A stretch of DNA of 64,000 bases, from the NCBI RefSeq assembly GCF_009914755.1, contig NC_060926.1, one strand, 5' to 3'. Of the stretch, positions 27,901-39,600 are shown in pieces. A program made the position numbers and the translations under genes. A model generated the notes under the pieces. That model did no database searches. It saw only the letters and a program-made list of their open reading frames with translations, and was not told the DNA's origin. Numbering within the stretch: the stretch's first letter is position 1; each line of letters begins with the position of its first letter. Origin of the DNA: the human T2T-CHM13v2.0 reference genome, Homo sapiens.

Positions 27901-29294
27901 AGACAATATCTCAGCCTGCCGCCATCCATGACATACCCTGCCGCATTGCATAATGGACAGTCCCTTGAAAAAGGAGCCGCAGCTCAGTCAATGCCCCTGT
28001 AATAATATTTTAAAATAAATGATATGCATCATTAAATCACTGAGGATGACTAACTCAATTTTAGAAAACCCACAACTCCAGCAATCATAGTTACAGCTCT
28101 GATTTGAATATTTTCACTTTCACCTGAGCAGCCAGTGGGAGCCAGTCAAGCAGATTGGGCATCCAGGCAGAGGAAGGCTGTGTCTCCGAGGAGCAGGAGG
28201 GAACCTGTGATTATGTAGTTACAGTAACGTCGGCTCATGCCTCGTGTCCGCCTGGGCTTTTTAGGCTTTTCCTTCCTCCCTTCTTGGCTTCTTATTTACA
28301 TATCACAGGCATCCTCTTTGTAAAGTTATTTTAAATAATGTATTAGATTGATCTTTTTAAAATTCTACCATGGCTAAATGTCATAAGGAAAAAAAAATAA
28401 GTCTTCGAAACTTATTTAAAGGTTTCTACTGGAGTAGGCCAGTTACCTGCTTCACTGCTGATATTCTAAAAATACCTCCATGTCCATACTATTATCCATT
28501 CTTCACGTCCAATTGCTCTGTTATGGTAATAGTCAGAAGCACACCATGCAGTAATTACTTACAGCTGACTGAAGAAAAGAATATTCAACTCCCCCACTGT
28601 TCCACTAGAAGGTCTTTATGCACTATTAACTCATTCCTGTTTATTAATACTCTACTGGTAATTCAGACTGCTGCCTCTTAGGTTTGTAATAGGAGGACTA
28701 TTAAACAGCAATTACTGACCATATGGGTTGGTGAATATTTGTTGTTTTTTGGTGGGCTTTTCCCCCCCTCCTTCCAACTTGTTTTTTAAGAAGCCATATT
28801 ACAACATAGTAAAAGTATCATCACATCTGCATGAGATTAACAAGCTTGGCAGGATTTCTCCCTTAGAAAATGTGTATTTATTCCCAGATTATCATCGCTA
28901 GCTTAAGAAAAGGAGAACGTGGGAGAAACAGGAAAATGTGGGAGATTGTTCTCTTGTGAGAAGACCCCTACTTTGGAAGATATTTTGGATCTTATGTTTC
29001 CTAAGTCACTCTGTGGGATGTTTTCTTTTACTGACTTTGAAAGGACACTGACCCACTCTCAAACACCATCAGCTTCTCAAAGCAAGCATAGTTATTGAGG
29101 AATCCAGTCAAATACCACTCTCCATTTCAAGTTCCCCAAGTGTTTGAAAGGGATCACTGTAAAATTGATAATTTAGTAAATTTATCTCCCAAAAAGCAGG
29201 TATATGAACCCTGAGAGGTGACGAAGGGTTCCCCCTGGGAGAGGGATGGCAATGAGTAATGGGTTCAAGTGAGGCAAGCAGGTGGTAAATGATG

Positions 29295-29535
29295 ATTATG
29301 GTAATAATAATGTGTGCCTCTCTCACAGGTAGTGAACACTGAGCATGTTGCAAGCATTAAACACATTTAAATGGAGATGCATCTTTAAGATAAATAGGAG
29401 CCCGGGAGCTAATTTTCATTGGAAATTGAAGAGTTGAGATCCAGGACAGAGAAGTCACTTGACCAGCAACCTCCACTAACATGATGGCAGTGGCTAGGTG
29501 TCTAGGCTGTTTGACATAGTAAGCTTTTGCTCCAA
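29295..29535 (-). mobile_element. MIR relic
   Basis: 'aaattgaagagttgagatccaggacagagaagtcacttgaccag...ggcagtggctagg'. Confidence 0.45.
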
Positions 29536-29599
29536 GGCAGCCAGTCTCCTTAGGGTCCCTTGTGCTTATCTTCTGATTTTTCCCCTTTTCCTATAAGGA

Positions 29600-29940
29600 G
29601 CCATTCTCTCTTTATGTCCAAATCTTTCTAGCCCTTCAATAAACAGATCAAATCCCACCCCTGACCCCAAAACTCCAGCTCGCTTTGATCTTGCCCTTTT
29701 CAAACTACCAAGCAGATTTAGTGTCAGTACCACACCTTTGGCAGGTGGTTGTAGCTAATTTAGCACTCTCCCTTTGTTACCTGATGGTGTTGTGTGTGGA
29801 AGTTTTTTTTTCTCCTCGATACACTCTAAATCCTTGAAGACAGGGACCATATCTTTTAAACTTTTCTTCTATTTATCTCCGTACCTAGCTCAGTATTGGA
29901 CATTCAGTTAGTGCTAAATAGAGGTTGGAAGAATTCAATG
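29600..29940 (+). mobile_element. L2 3'-end relic
   Basis: 'taaatccttgaagacagggaccatatc...cctagctcagtattggacattcagttagtgctaaata'. Confidence 0.6.
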
Positions 29941-30035
29941 GAAATATGTAGAGCAGGGGAAAGGACATTAACCCCTACATTTTCTTACTCTATAAAGTTG
30001 TAGGAACTGGAGTTTCTGAATTAGGTATGGAAAAG

Positions 30036-30096
30036 CAACAATAAATAATAATAACAACAACAACAAATAATAATAACAACAACAACAAAAACAAAA
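30036..30096. repeat. (AAT)n(AAC)n compound repeat, duplicated as a 22-bp unit
   Basis: aaataataataacaacaacaac occurs twice (30043-30086). Confidence 0.85.
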
Positions 30097-30837
30097 TGAC
30101 AAATATCAGCTCAAACCTAGCAGTACCAAGCTAATGTGTAGCCTATATTTGATGTTCAATGAATATTTGTTGAGTCAGATCCTCACACCATCCCAGAACT
30201 TTTTCACAGTGGGTCTCGGCCATAGGGAAAATTGCAAAAAATTTATTTCATCCATATCTTTCTGATTGGATCTAGAATCCTGGATTGCCTATGGCCTAGA
30301 AAGCCCTCAAAGTGGGGAGAATGATTCCTCTAAGACTCCGTGTGGTAGGTAGCTTCAATAATGCAGGCTGATCCCAATAACACAGGCTGATCCAGACAAG
30401 ATCAGAACTGCCTGATAGGATCTGAAAGGCACCAGAATGGCCTCCCTACTCTCTAATATCTCACAGAGAGAAGGAGCCAGCAAGCACCTGAGATTAATTA
30501 CTCCAGTGGATTTCAAATATTTTGTTTTGTTGCTATTGTTTTAACAGTAGGACTGTTTTTTTCCCAGTTAAGCATTATGCAGAATCCTGGTGTATACAGC
30601 GGATTAAAACAGAACAGCTCCGGTTGAAGTTGGGTTGGGAGGCATGAATTCCTAACCTGATAACCTAGCTGATAAAGCCAAGAGGCACTTCTGGGAGACC
30701 CCAGTGTATCTGGGGACACTATAGGGCAAGTATTTTTCCAGTCCAACCTTTTTTGGATATAAATGTGTAGATTGAATGCAGAATCTCAAATCCACACAGC
30801 TAACAGCAGAATGGTCCTGGAATCCAATCCTTTTTCC

Positions 30838-31329
30838 TTAGGTTTATTGAGGTATAATTAACAAATAAAAATTGTATACATTTAAATTACACATCAGAAT
30901 ATATTTGGATATACACATACATTGTGAAATGATCACCACAATCAAGTGAATTAACATATTCATTGCCCCACATAGTTACCTTTTCTTTTGTAGTGAGAAT
31001 ACATAAGATTTTCTCTTAGCAAATTTCAAGTATACAATACATTATTATCAACTGTAGTCGCCATGCTGTGCATTAGATTCTCAGAACTTATTCATCTTAG
31101 AACTGAAAGTGTGTACCCTGTGACCAACATCTCACATTTCCCTCCACTCCCTGGCCCCTGACAACAGCCCTTCTACTCTGTTTCCATGAGTTTGACTTTT
31201 TGGATTCCACATTTAAGTGAACTCAGGTAGTATTTGTCTTTCTGTGTCTGGTTTATTTCATTTATCATAATATCCTCCAGTTTTATCCATGTTGAAACAA
31301 ATGGCAAGATTGCCTTCTTTTTAAGGCTG

Positions 31330-31365
<36 letters not shown>

Positions 31366-31692
31366 TATATATACACATATACATATATACACATATGTAT
31401 ATATACATATATACATCTGCATGAGATTAACAAGCTTGGCAGGATTTCTCCCTTAGAAATTTTACTCTTGGAAATATATACATATACATATATATACATA
31501 TACATATATATACACACACACACCACACACACACACACACACATATATGGCTGTATATATATATATATGAAACATATATATTCTATTATACATATTTATT
31601 TATAAAGTATATATACGTATACACAGATTTTTTAACATTCATTTGTCAATGAACACTCAAGTTCTTTCCATATTTGAACTATTGTGAATAAT
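30838..31692 (-). mobile_element. L1 3' end (L1MA9-like), interrupted by an AT/AC microsatellite
   Basis: 'tttattgaggtataattaacaaataaaaattgtat', 'ctcttagcaaatttcaagtatacaatac', 'tttgtctttctgtgtctggtttatttca', '...attgtgaataat'. Confidence 0.88.
31329..31625. repeat. Complex (TA)n/(CA)n/(TACA)n microsatellite
   Basis: Direct reading; contains a non-repetitive insert at 31413-31474. Confidence 0.9.
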
Positions 31693-31818
31693 CAATTTTT
31701 TTGTTAATTAGCTAAGCTTTTATCTCTATTGCCTACCTGTGCTAGTAGATTAAGTCATTGTCACCAGAAGGCTACTGTTAATGGGTGCATATGTGACGTC
31801 GCAGAACCAGGCTATTAA

Positions 31819-32161
<343 letters not shown>

Positions 32162-32228
32162 TAGCCCTCCTCTTAACACAGAGCTGAGATGAGTTTATAG
32201 TCAGGTGAGTCAAGGTGTATTGAATGGG

Positions 32229-34512
32229 TGTCTTAGTCTCTTAGTTTTCTCAGCCTGCTATAACAAAATACCATAGACTGGATGGCTTAGACAGTGCACA
32301 TTTATTTTTCACAGTTCTGGAGGCTGCAAAATCCAAGATCAAAGTGCCAGTGGATTCAGTTCTTGGTAAGGGTCCTCTTCCTGATTTGTAGATACAGTGT
32401 TCTCATTATGTCTTCATGTGATCTTTCCTTGGTGCATGCATTTGAAGAAAGAGAAAGAGGAGAGAGAGAAAGAGAGACAGAGACAGATTTTGTGTCTCCT
32501 TCTTTTTATAAGGGTGTTAATCCAATCATGAAGGCCCCACCTTCATAACCGAATTTAACCCTATTGCCTCCTAAATGCTCCATCTCTAAATGTCATCACA
32601 CTGGGGATTAGGTTTTCAACACTTCAACATTTTGAGGAATACAAATATTCAGTCCATAATAGTATACCCGTGATCCCCCAAATTAATGTCCTTCCTGCAT
32701 ACAAAATACATTTATTCCATCCAAATTGCCCCAGAACTCTTGATCCAGCATCAACTCTAAAGTCCAAAGTTTTATCTAAATATTATCTAAATAAGACATA
32801 GATGAAACTAGAAATACACTTATCCTGAAGCAAAATTCCTTTCTATCTGTGATCCTGTGAAACCAGAAAAAGTCTGTGTTTCTAAAATACAATGATGGGA
32901 CATGCATAGGATAGACATTTCCCTTCAAAAAGGGAGAAATCTGAACGAAGAAAGAATGATGGATCCCAAGCAAGTCCAAAACTTAGCAAGGCAAATTCCG
33001 TGAAATCTTAAGGCTCAGTAATAATCCTCTTTAAAATGATTTCCTGCCTACTGGACCAACTGGAGCAGCAGTCCTGCCTTCCAGACTCATTGGGGTGGGT
33101 GGTTCTGCCAGGTGGGGTTTGTGAAGAGTCGTGCTCCAAAATCTCTTGGTGGGCCCCCCTTTACTGCTCTAGGATGCTGCAATCTCGCTGTTGAAGTGAA
33201 GGCATTTGCCCTTCCTGCTTCTTTGAAAGCAAGGAAGCAGCTCTGATGATTTCTGAATCACCTTCAGGGTCATGCTTCTATTTCCCTGAAGAATAATGTT
33301 GACAGCCAAATAGCTCTCTGGTCTAGTCCTGTAGAATGTAAAAAGTGTGAAAGCTTTCCTTCATTTAGTCTCATCTCTGTCCCCTTACATTCAAATTAGC
33401 ATCGTTCCTGCTGGGGTGGCTGATTAGGTCCATGATTCCTACCCATATTAATCCTCTTATCAAGTCGTTGCTCCACCACATGCTTAGCGTTCTCTACAAT
33501 ATAGATGGGCTGAGAATTTTCTAATCTTTAAGTTCTGGTTTATCTTTGCTTAACAATTCCTTCTTCAATTTATTTCTGTCTTCTTGCATTTTACTATAAG
33601 TAGTCAGGAGGAACTGGGCCACTCCTTCGACACTTCTCTTGGAAATATTCTCAGCTAAATATCTCATTTCATTGCTTGGAAGTTCTACCTTCCTCAAAAC
33701 TTTAGAACACAAATGCAATTCAGCCAAGTATTATTTTTTTAAAAACAAAAGTTGCCTTCCCTCCAGTTTCCAATAACGTTTCTCATTTCTACCTAAGTTT
33801 TTCCAAACAACTTGAATGCCCTTTACCAAAATGGCCATTATTGTCCATATTTATGCCAACATTCCATTCATAATTATTTAGATATCCCCCAAGAAGATAG
33901 ACGCGGTCTCTGCAGCTCTCCTCTTTTCTTTCTAAGTCTCATTAGAATCATCCCTAAGTGCCCTTTATGGGAATCTTAGCTTTTTCTAGCTTGCATCTTA
34001 AAAACTCTTTCAGTCTCTACCCATTACCCAGTTCCAAAGCCATTTCCACAGTTCTAGGCATTTGTTATAGCAGCACCCCACTTTCTTGGTACCAGTTACT
34101 ATCTTAGTCTTTCTGTACTGTTATAACAAAATACCATAAATTGAGTGAGTTAAACAACAGACACGTATTTCTCACAGTTCTGGAGGCTTGAAAGCCCAAG
34201 ATCAAGGTGCCAGTGCATTTGGTTCTTAGTGAGAGTCTATTCCTGACTTGCAGATGCCATCTCTTCTTACGTCCTCATGTGGCCTTTCTTTGGAGCCTTC
34301 CTGTGGAGGGAGAGAGAAAAAGAGAAATAGAAAGAGATTGTGTATATCTTCTTCTTTTTATAGGGTATTAAGCTCATTATAAGAGCCCCACCCTCTTGAC
34401 CTTGTCTAAACTTAATTATCTCCCAAAGCCCCTGCTTTCAAATACCATCACATTGAGGATTAGGGCTTCAACATATGAATTTTAGGGTTCTACAAATATT
34501 TAGTTAATAGCA
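32229..34512 (-). mobile_element. MaLR element (MLT1A-like) with two LTRs (~32229-32661, ~34101-34512) and ~1.4 kb internal region
   Basis: Both LTRs read 'tcttagt...tataacaaaataccata...cacagttctggaggct...caagatcaa.gtgccagtg...catcaca.tg.ggattagg...aaatatt.agt'; PBS-like 'cttggtacca' near 34085 and PPT-side 'cccccaaatt' near 32675. Confidence 0.88.
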
Positions 34513-34537
34513 CATTGTATGAACAAAAGCTTCATAT

Positions 34538-34614
34538 GGAGGCTTTCCACTTAAAGGAGGGATTTCCACTTAAAGGAGGGATATCCACTTAAAGGAGGGA
34601 TATCCACTTAAGGA
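34538..34614. repeat. 19-bp minisatellite, about 4 copies (ggagggat[a/t]tccacttaaa)
   Basis: Direct reading of tandem units. Confidence 0.92.
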
Positions 34615-35439
34615 TCTTAAATTTCAAAGCAAATATGGGGTGATTGTGGTTCATTTTCAGCTTGGCCACTTCTGCATTTGTGTGGTTGTTTTCCCTTCCC
34701 TAGTTTTAGCTCAACTTGGGTGTCCTGTGCTTGCCTGGTCCTGGATCACACATTTATACCAATTTCTATCTTGTCTTAGTTGAGGGAAACCACTACAAAG
34801 ACTCCCTTATGGTGCTGGAAATTAAACTTCTTCTATACACAGCATAATATAGATTATGCTATAATCTACAGCATGTGAATAGTCGATGTGCAGAGAATAG
34901 CATTAAAATATTATTTTGAAGAAAATGGTCATATTGCAGATTGTCTTTTAATTATTTCACCAATAGTAGTAGCAGGAGGTAGTGAAGAATATGGTATAGG
35001 GACTGACGGAATCTCTATTCTAGACTAGAGCTTTTTGCCAATTAGCTGTGCATCTTAGGGCATATTATTTAACCTTTCTATACTCTCACTGTTTTATGTC
35101 CAAAATAAGGCCCTGTGGCCCAGATTTGCTTCTGAAATATGTTTGACTTCACTGAACTATCAAAAACTTGAATGCCCTCTATTCAGTACTTCTGAGTTAA
35201 ATTGTATTAAAGCAAAACAAATGACTATAAATAGCTATATTATGAATAGAATGCTCATATATGCCCAGAAATATAAATTAGGCTGCATGACAAAACATTT
35301 GTTTCTTATATCAGTGAAAACTTGAGATAATTCAGTAAAGATGGTATTAAGCCGTGTAAATATCATCCAACTGTGATTTGGAACTGTGGAACTTTCCCCA
35401 CGGGTGAGAACATCTGGGCAGTCTGTAGGCTTGATTTCA

Positions 35440-35935
35440 GAGATTCACTTATTCAATACGTACTCACTTTGTTTCTTCCATATTTCATTATTCAATTAAT
35501 AAACATATATTGAGTTGATGCCATTGATTCATTCAATAAATCTTATTCAATGTATTTTTAAAGAGCAATCTGCTGCATACGTAACACTGTTTTCATTGTT
35601 AATGATATCAGTGAAAAGATGAGTTCTTGATTGTGAAGAACTAATAATATCACTTGGGAGAGAAAATGTATTTGTTAAAAAGATAAATAACTTTATGTTA
35701 TAATGCATGATACAGACCGAGAGAGATAAAGGCTATAACGGTTGGAAGTAGGGGGTGGAGAGTGAGCATGTCAGCTGGGTGAACAGGAAGGGTTTAGAAG
35801 CCTCTTAGGCTGTGCCTTGACACAGAATAATATTAGCACAGGTGGAGAGGATGAGAGAGGTCACTTTACATAGGGAAACAATATGTATTAAAGCAGTGAA
35901 TTGGATAACATTAAGAGGTGCATGAATTTAGCAAA
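35440..35935 (-). mobile_element. L2 relic
   Basis: 'attcattcaataaatc...aacactgttt...cttgacacagaataatattagcacaggtggagagg...gggaaacaatatgtattaaagcagtga'. Confidence 0.5.
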
Positions 35936-36050
35936 AATCCAGGCCCATGTGCAGAGAAGGGCTTATATGAGAGACTAGTGTTGATGAGGGAAGTGACATG
36001 AAAGAATCTTCCATTTTGGAGAGATTTTCAAAGTCAGGTGAAGAATTTTG

Positions 36051-36193
36051 ATTCCTTCCTTCCTTCTTCCTTCTTCCTTCATTTCTTTCTCTCTTTCTTT
36101 TTTCTTTGTTTCTTTTTCTTTCTTTCTCTTTCTTCTCTTTCTCTCTCTCCTCTCTTTTCTTTCTTTTTCTTTCTCTTTCTCACTTTCTTTCTT
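36051..36193. repeat. CT-rich low-complexity tract (TTCC/TTTC)
   Basis: Nearly pure pyrimidine strand. Confidence 0.9.
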
Positions 36194-36981
36194 TGTGTAA
36201 TATGTTTTGCTTAATGGAAATGTTTTTTTTAATGAAGTCACAGAGGAGTCCTAGAGACCATAGAAAGGAAAAAAAAAAACTGCAGGAAAAGCTACTAGGG
36301 TAACAAGTGATAATGGGAGTGGTTATAAAATATCAGAAAACATGATTGAGGTGGCAGAGCTTGGAAGACCCATGATGAAGGCAGGGTTCCTGACCAACTT
36401 GATAAGTCAGGTTGGCCAAAGATGAACTGCGCACATGGAAACTTCTCCAAGTCATCCATTCCAAGTCAGGCACAGTACTTACAACAGACTTTATTTGTCT
36501 GAAGGCATTTTCTAGTATTACTTGAAAGTTTTCTCTTTACCATTTGAGGGTTCCACCATACAGGAACATTCTCATACACATTTGCCTAGTTACATGCTGA
36601 TTAATTGACAAATAAATTCCTTTTCAATTTAGACAACTTACTTTAATGGTATGTCTGTTGCTGTTTTATTGATGACAAAAGTGGTAGGTCCAGAATGATC
36701 CCTCAGAGCCAGAATGCAATGCCCTACAGTTCCTGAAATGTAAATGGCATCATAAGAGAGATATGCTCAGCCACTGCTCACTGAAAAGTGCTACCCCGTG
36801 CTCAGGCCTAAATTTCGAGGCATGTAGTATTAGGTTGCTAAAACACACAGATATTAACTTGTGGAGAAGAGTGAATTCTAGGGCCCTTGAAATAATTGCT
36901 AACCCAAGATTGAAATTGAAAGGTAGCAGACAAAGTGGGTTTTATTTCCCTGTACTGGTAGAAAACTTGTACATCACTTAC

Positions 36982-37390
36982 TTTTATGGACCGAATTTCA
37001 TCTCCTCAAAGTCCATGTGTTGAAGTCCTAACCTGCTGTACCTCAAAATATGACTGTATTTGGAGATAGAGTCTTTAACGAGATAAAATGAAGTCACTAG
37101 GGTGGGCCCTAATCCAGTATGACCAGTGTCCTTAAAAGAAGAGAAAATCAGGACACAGATAAATGCAGGGAGGGAGGACCTTTTGAAGGCACAGAGAGAA
37201 GATAACTATCTGTAAGTCAAGGAGAGTTTCCTGGGATAGATCTTTACCACATGGACCTCAGAACAAACCAACCCTTCCAATACTTTGATCTTGGCCTTCT
37301 AGACTGCACAATTGTGAGAAAATAAATTTATATTGCTTAAGCCCTTCAGTGGATGATACTTTGTTATGGCAGCTCTAGAAAATTAATACA
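36982..37390 (+). mobile_element. Solo MaLR LTR (MLT1B-like)
   Basis: 'tatggaccgaat...tgttgaagtcctaacc...gggtgggccctaatccagtatgac...tttgttatggcagc...aattaataca'; perfect 5-bp TSD cttac (36977-36981, 37391-37395). Confidence 0.9.
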
Positions 37391-37451
37391 CTTACCCTTT
37401 AGGGTTTTGGATGCCTCACACATTAATGGCAAATAATAGTTTATATTTACA

Positions 37452-37750
37452 TATCTATCAGCCATTGCCACAAAAATGGTGTGCATGAGGTGGCTGGGAC
37501 AGCCATATGCATTCTGAGGCCTAAGCTGAAGGGAGAGTGACTATCTGGTGAATATCTTCTCATGGCAATGGTAGAAGTGCAAGATAGCAGGCCAATTCCA
37601 CAAGCATATTTCAGCTCTGCTCTCCAACATTCCTGTAATGTCCCATTGACCAAAGAAAGTCATATGGCCAAGCCAGGATAGACATGTAAATGTATAAGAT
37701 AAGAGAAGGAAGAGTTGGAGAAAGTAATTCACTGTATGATACTTACCACA
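37452..37750 (-). mobile_element. Older MLT1 (I/J-like) LTR fragment
   Basis: 'tatcagccattgccacaaaaatg', 'cttctcatggcaatggtagaagtgcaaga', 'tcccattgaccaaagaaagtcatatggccaagcc', ends 'taccaca'. Confidence 0.7.
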
Positions 37751-39564
37751 CAGAGGCAGGAGGCTGGATGTGATGGCCTTTTAAAGCCATTTTTCTCTAA
37801 GATAGTTCCATGACAATTACCCAGAGTCTAATTTTATTGAGAGCTTACTATGCAACAAACCCTGACCTAAGTGCTTTACAAGGTAATCCAATTAAACCAC
37901 ACAGATCTGTAGCTTATTATAAACAATATCCTGTGTGACTTAATCAAGTGTAAGATGATAAACCGTGGTGTTACACATCAGATGGTAATTTACCATTTGC
38001 AGACGCTTCAAGTACAGCTCCTGAGACTAAGAATGAATGTACATAGACATTCCATGCCGGGCAAAGCATCCACAAACCAGCTAACTCATTTGCAAATGCC
38101 ATTGTGTTTGTTCTGACATTTTTCCTAACTCAAACTACAAGACACAAAATAAACACACAACTAAGGTCTTGCCTCCAAATAGACACTTGACTCACCTCTC
38201 AAGATATAGCCGAAAGAAGTTTCAGAAGATACTGTCACAGCTAAGGCTGTATAAGAACTCAGTGTCTTGTGACTCCAAGGCCTTGACACTGTTGTGAGAA
38301 GGCCTGGCAAATCAGAATGACCCATTCAATACCATTCCACAGTGTCAACCCCTACACTACTAGTTTCTCCCTCTGATTCTGGTCAGTGTCTAATTTTTGC
38401 TTAGTAAATGTAGGCCAAATTATGCTAAGTGGTTTTTGAACAGGAATTGAGATTACAGATTATCATTGACTACTCTTTACAACTGATTTCCATTGCCTTA
38501 AATTTGAGCCTATTCCCTTAAAAAGAATGTGTAATCATTGCTACGTCTTAACTTTGAAGACAGAAAAGTAGAAATGGGTGTTCTTCTATTCCCCCTCCTC
38601 TAGAAATCCCATTGAATCTCATTCAGAAACAGAAGTTCAGGCACTATAATAGAGAACTCTGTGAAATGGCCTTTTCCAGAATAGCAAATGTCAGTGCTTC
38701 AAGGATGAATGGCATCAAGATGACAATATACATTCGATTATGGCATATAGATTAGATAACAAGTATAAGAAATGCATTTACAACCCCCAAACCTGCTCTT
38801 ATATACTTATTAGTACTGATGTTTTACCAAATAATACCCAAAATTGTTTTTAATATTAATCACTGTTCCTTTATACATTTCCAACTCTGTTTATATCTCT
38901 TGCCTATATTTAATCTCTATGATAAAGACAGTGGATTTGTTTTCATGTGATAGAAATAAATGGTAATCCAGAAACTGATGACATTTGGCATAGGTCAAAT
39001 GACAATTCAGAGCTGCAGGAATTACTGGAACCTTCATCTTTGTAACAATCGTTGAGATCCAGGGAGAGAGAGGAGCTGCCTCACAGTTCTTTACACATGT
39101 TGATTCATTCCAGTCTGGGCTGTTTACACTGTAAAATTTAGGAAGGCAATCTGTAAAATGGCCCTTGGGACCTTGGTAAAGATTTCTCAAAGACAGTCTG
39201 AGCTCCCCATTCAGTAGTGTTTCACAACACGTGCTCACTCCAACACCCAGGCATCATATTCAGAATTTTATTTGATCTTCCAATTTGGGGCAGTTTGACA
39301 CCCTAGCAGAAGGTAGTTTAGTCACCTTTGTAAACGACTTCATGACGACTGTTCTCACAGTAAGTAGTTCTGCTGAGCAAAGAAAACAAATCGGTACAAA
39401 AACAATGCCAGAACAGGTGTGCTAGCTGTTGGGGAAAAATCATTAGAGTGCCATTACTCAATCACTCTGTTTCTCTTATAATAATATATTATTTATTAAG
39501 AGCATTGTTTTTCTCCGTGTCATTTTTTATAAACTTCACATCTAACATTTATTTTTTCCTTCAG

Positions 39565-39600
39565 ATGTGCCACAGCAGAAGCAAGTTGTGTTGGCAGTAG
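39565..39600 (+). other. Candidate 36-nt micro-exon
   Basis: Branch-like tctaac at 39541, acceptor 'ttattttttccttcag', donor TAG|gtgaga at 39601. Confidence 0.35.

Noticed and set aside
30365-30394. 11-bp direct repeat caggctgatcc, and other short palindromes (e.g. ~350, ~9132, ~34850)
   Set aside because: Too short to exceed chance or ordinary slippage in AT-rich DNA.
34538-34614. Short direct repeats as a possible CRISPR-like array
   Set aside because: The units are head-to-tail with no unique spacers, there are no cas genes, and the DNA is eukaryotic. It is a minisatellite.
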